Shown here one piece after another: positions 61,339 through 64,000 of a DNA stretch of 64,000 nucleotides. The notes below the pieces were generated by a model that saw nothing but the letters and a program-made list of their open reading frames with translations, searched no databases and was not told where the DNA came from. Position 1 is the stretch's first letter; the number at the start of each line of letters is the position of its first letter. Made by a program: the position numbers and the translations under genes. The DNA is from Chloroflexota bacterium (GTDB lineage: Bacteria > Chloroflexota > UBA11872 > VXNJ01), in contig OZ253449.1 of assembly GCA_965261345.1 (NCBI GenBank), positions 864,001 to 928,000 of the forward strand, written 5' to 3'.

Positions 61339-64000
61339 CTAGCTAACTAGTGGTGCGCTATAGCTGAACCCGCTAATTAACGGGCGGGCGGCGGCGAATC
61401 CCCGTTGCCGCTCGAAATCGGGAACTAAGAGATTGCGCAGGGTGTCACCCAGCAGGGACAATTTGACCGGCTCTGGATCACCGGGATGAAATTCCATAAC
61501 CGCCGCTTGGAAATACTGCCGGATAAATCCCGCTTGTGTTGCCGGCGCTCGCAGGCGGCCGATAAAGTCGCGGTCGACCCGGGCCTGGGTCTTGGGGAAT
61601 CCGAACGCCGCGACCCCTTCGAACCGGTTGAAAAAGTCGGCGAAGCCGATCTCTATTCCTTCCAAGGAATAGTTGGAGACCTTAAGGTTCCACACCCCGA
61701 TCAATTCACCGGGAGCACTATTAATCAAGTCGATTTCCACCCCCTGGTCAATGCTGTTCGCCAGGCCGCCGCCAACGTAATCCCAGGCAAGTCGCCGTTC
61801 CACCACCCAACCAAGCCCGACGTTGTGGAAGTCAACCACACCGCGTTGGTAGAACTGGGTTAGTGCCCCGTTTTCGAGCACCAGGACCTCGGAGGTGGGG
61901 TAGCCCCAGCGTTCTCTTCCACCGGTGCGGAGGAAGTAATTCTTAAATCCAGCTTCCACCAGGTTGCCATCGATTAGAACCGCCAGGTCGGGCACGTTGT
62001 GCTGGAGGTCCAGATTGCCGGGCGCCTGCTCGAACAGGGGTTGGCCTTGGACCGTGATCGGATAGGGGAAGCGTAGTCGGCTCGAAGGGCTGGTTCCGCC
62101 CGGCGTGGTGGGTCGGCGCGGCGGCGAATAGACCGGCGAGGAGGTGGATATCGTGTGTGTTCGAGGGCGCGAGACATCGCGGATCGTCACCGGGGTCACA
62201 ATGTCATCCTCGCCGGAGATTTTCAAGACCAGATTGAAGTTTTCGTTGTCGCCGTCGCTATCGCCCCCGGCTTCAAACGGCATCTGCACCGCCATCACAA
62301 AACTACCGTGGCCACCAAAAATATTCCTATCCAGAGTGATCGTGGCCGGATTTGGCAGGTCTTCGGATTCGGCCGGCTCGTCGGTTACGCCGGAGGTTGA
62401 AAACTCGATTTCCTCAAATCCGCCATCGACCTGGACATCAAATACCAGGACGTCACTCTCATAGACGGTGTAGGAGGACCGTCCGAATCCCTCTTCCCCT
62501 CTGGGATCGTCGTCTACCCGGACAACTTGCAGATGCTGCAGGTTGCCGCGAACCGCCGAGGTCAGATCGGTCGGCACGAATCCGACACTGGTGTAACGTC
62601 GGCCCGGATTAAAGCGCATGTCGATCATGGTGATACCGTCGCTGGCAACTCCGACATCGCGGAAGGCGTTCGAAGGCAGATCGCGCAATTCATTCCCGCC
62701 CAGGTCAAGAAACTCCAACCCGGTCAATCCTTCCAGATCGGAGTAGAAGATCTCCTCCAGCGGGTCCTCGATATCGCCGGCGTTGGGGTAGATCAAAAGT
62801 TCGGTGATGCGGCCGAGCTGGGCGAGCGAGATATCCGAGCATCTTTCGCCGACTTCCTCCTCCAGCGCCTCAACCACCTGCGGATGGCGGGCGCAGACAT
62901 CAAACTGCGGATTGTCGTTGTCGCGTACATCGATCGTATCGGCCAAAAGGTCCAGGCGGTCCCGGAGATCATCGTCAAAGTCCTCCAGGATTGCACCGCG
63001 ATCGAACAGGTAGTCCAGGTTGAACCCGTCGGACTCAAACATTCCGCTGTTGTCAACCATTTCGATATCCAAGCGCCCGCGGCGATTTTCACCCACCTTG
63101 ATCGCGGTAATTTCGATTTCTTCTTCCTCATCGTCCTCGATCTGGTCGTCCTCCTCGATGATCAGCGGCACCACGTAAATGGTGTCGGAGCTATCGCGCG
63201 AGGATGCAAGGACGTGCACGACGTGTTCGGTGTTGTCGCCATCAACTTGATTGGTAACAGTGATCTCAAATACCACGAAGCGCTCGACCGAGTCGCCGGT
63301 TCCGCGGCTTCCGTCGTATTCGTTACCGCCCTGCTGGTATTGGGAGCAAGTACCGGTGAAGATGTCAATATCGGCGCAGTCGACGCCCAGCGTGACCGGG
63401 GCGGCCAGGCCGCTCGGCCGGTTTCCAAACTGGAACGTAAGGTAGAGGATTTCGCCCTCGCCGATTGCCGACGGTAGGTTGCCGAGCCCGGTTTCGTCAG
63501 ATTCCCGGCCATCCAGCAACAGCGTTAACGAGTAGCCGGAATCTTGGCTTAGTGTCGACGGGTTCCCAGACAAGACCTCGGCGAGTTTGCTGTCTTTACT
63601 GGAAATCGCCCGGCGCAGATCGATTTCCGAGGCGCTCACGCTGGTGCCCCTAAGGTCGAGCCGGGCACCCCGAGTTAGATGATCGAGCGATCCAGGATCG
63701 GGGTCGAATACCCCCGATATCCGCCGGTCGGAAAAATCCAGTTCGATCCAAGTCACTCCATCGTCGAAATGGCCTTCGGCGTCTGCGCAGGTTGAAACTG
63801 TCAAATCCTTGGCCTCGTAGGCAGCGGTAAGGGCCCGCTGGACGTAGTCCTCAAAATCGCAGAATGCCGCGGTAGTCTGCCGGGCCGCCGTTTCCGGGGC
63901 GGCCGATGCCGCTCCCACCGGTCCCTGCCCGATGCCGGTAAGGTACATCGCCAGGCCAAGCAGCAAAACCGCAAGGGCGACCGGGGCAAAATCCCGAAAT
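61339..64000 (-). CDS. Large secreted LRR/Calx-beta-like protein with C-terminal Chloroflexi surface module (start beyond window)
   Basis: Signal-like N-terminus still open at the window edge; VCARHPQV..C LRR cap; LEGLTGLEFLDLGGNELRDLPSNAF; acidic beta-domains; GYPTSEV...QYFQAA...LLGD. Confidence 0.8.
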   Translation of the reverse strand, partial: FRDFAPVALAVLLLGLAMYLTGIGQGPVGAASAAPETAARQTTAAFCDFEDYVQRALTAAYEAKDLTVSTCADAEGHFDDGVTWIELDFSDRRISGVFDPDPGSLDHLTRGARLDLRGTSVSASEIDLRRAISSKDSKLAEVLSGNPSTLSQDSGYSLTLLLDGRESDETGLGNLPSAIGEGEILYLTFQFGNRPSGLAAPVTLGVDCADIDIFTGTCSQYQQGGNEYDGSRGTGDSVERFVVFEITVTNQVDGDNTEHVVHVLASSRDSSDTIYVVPLIIEEDDQIEDDEEEEIEITAIKVGENRRGRLDIEMVDNSGMFESDGFNLDYLFDRGAILEDFDDDLRDRLDLLADTIDVRDNDNPQFDVCARHPQVVEALEEEVGERCSDISLAQLGRITELLIYPNAGDIEDPLEEIFYSDLEGLTGLEFLDLGGNELRDLPSNAFRDVGVASDGITMIDMRFNPGRRYTSVGFVPTDLTSAVRGNLQHLQVVRVDDDPRGEEGFGRSSYTVYESDVLVFDVQVDGGFEEIEFSTSGVTDEPAESEDLPNPATITLDRNIFGGHGSFVMAVQMPFEAGGDSDGDNENFNLVLKISGEDDIVTPVTIRDVSRPRTHTISTSSPVYSPPRRPTTPGGTSPSSRLRFPYPITVQGQPLFEQAPGNLDLQHNVPDLAVLIDGNLVEAGFKNYFLRTGGRERWGYPTSEVLVLENGALTQFYQRGVVDFHNVGLGWVVERRLAWDYVGGGLANSIDQGVEIDLINSAPGELIGVWNLKVSNYSLEGIEIGFADFFNRFEGVAAFGFPKTQARVDRDFIGRLRAPATQAGFIRQYFQAAVMEFHPGDPEPVKLSLLGDTLRNLLVPDFERQRGFAAARPLISGFSYSAPLVS

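Overview
GC-rich bacterial chromosome segment, probably Chloroflexota and possibly a sponge-type symbiont. This is inferred from the FGYP..QYFQ..LLG surface module, the eukaryote-like LRRs and the monoderm gene set. Most of the window is intact housekeeping or metabolic genes: cysE 3' end, proS, a thrC-like gene, proVWX, gap-pgk, yvcK, rpmH-rnpA-yidD-yidC-jag, mutM, split xdhC, MMPL, polA, an ECF sigma/anti-sigma pair, modABC, metK-ahcY-mtnP, ffh, mnmG, a sulfatase and 5 tRNAs. The exception is 6.6-13.1 kb, a decayed island at tRNA-Ile2 with nested mobile elements: serine recombinase remnant < IS1182 < ISNCY-type IS < IS110 < group II intron, followed by a second IS110, an LRR remnant and a 3-repeat degenerate type I-E-like CRISPR array. 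Both IS110 left ends carry readable bridge RNAs whose guides match nearby DNA. The first is programmed against the terminal inverted repeat of the ISNCY element. It is interrupted inside its left donor guide by a group II intron with non-canonical ends (GAACAG...GAA), whose EBS1 pairs exactly with that guide sequence. A second candidate novelty is a tightly coupled operon (52.3-57.0 kb) of four unannotated membrane proteins sharing a motif, ending in an SPFH domain and a RodZ-like gene. All calls were made by eye; no searches were run.
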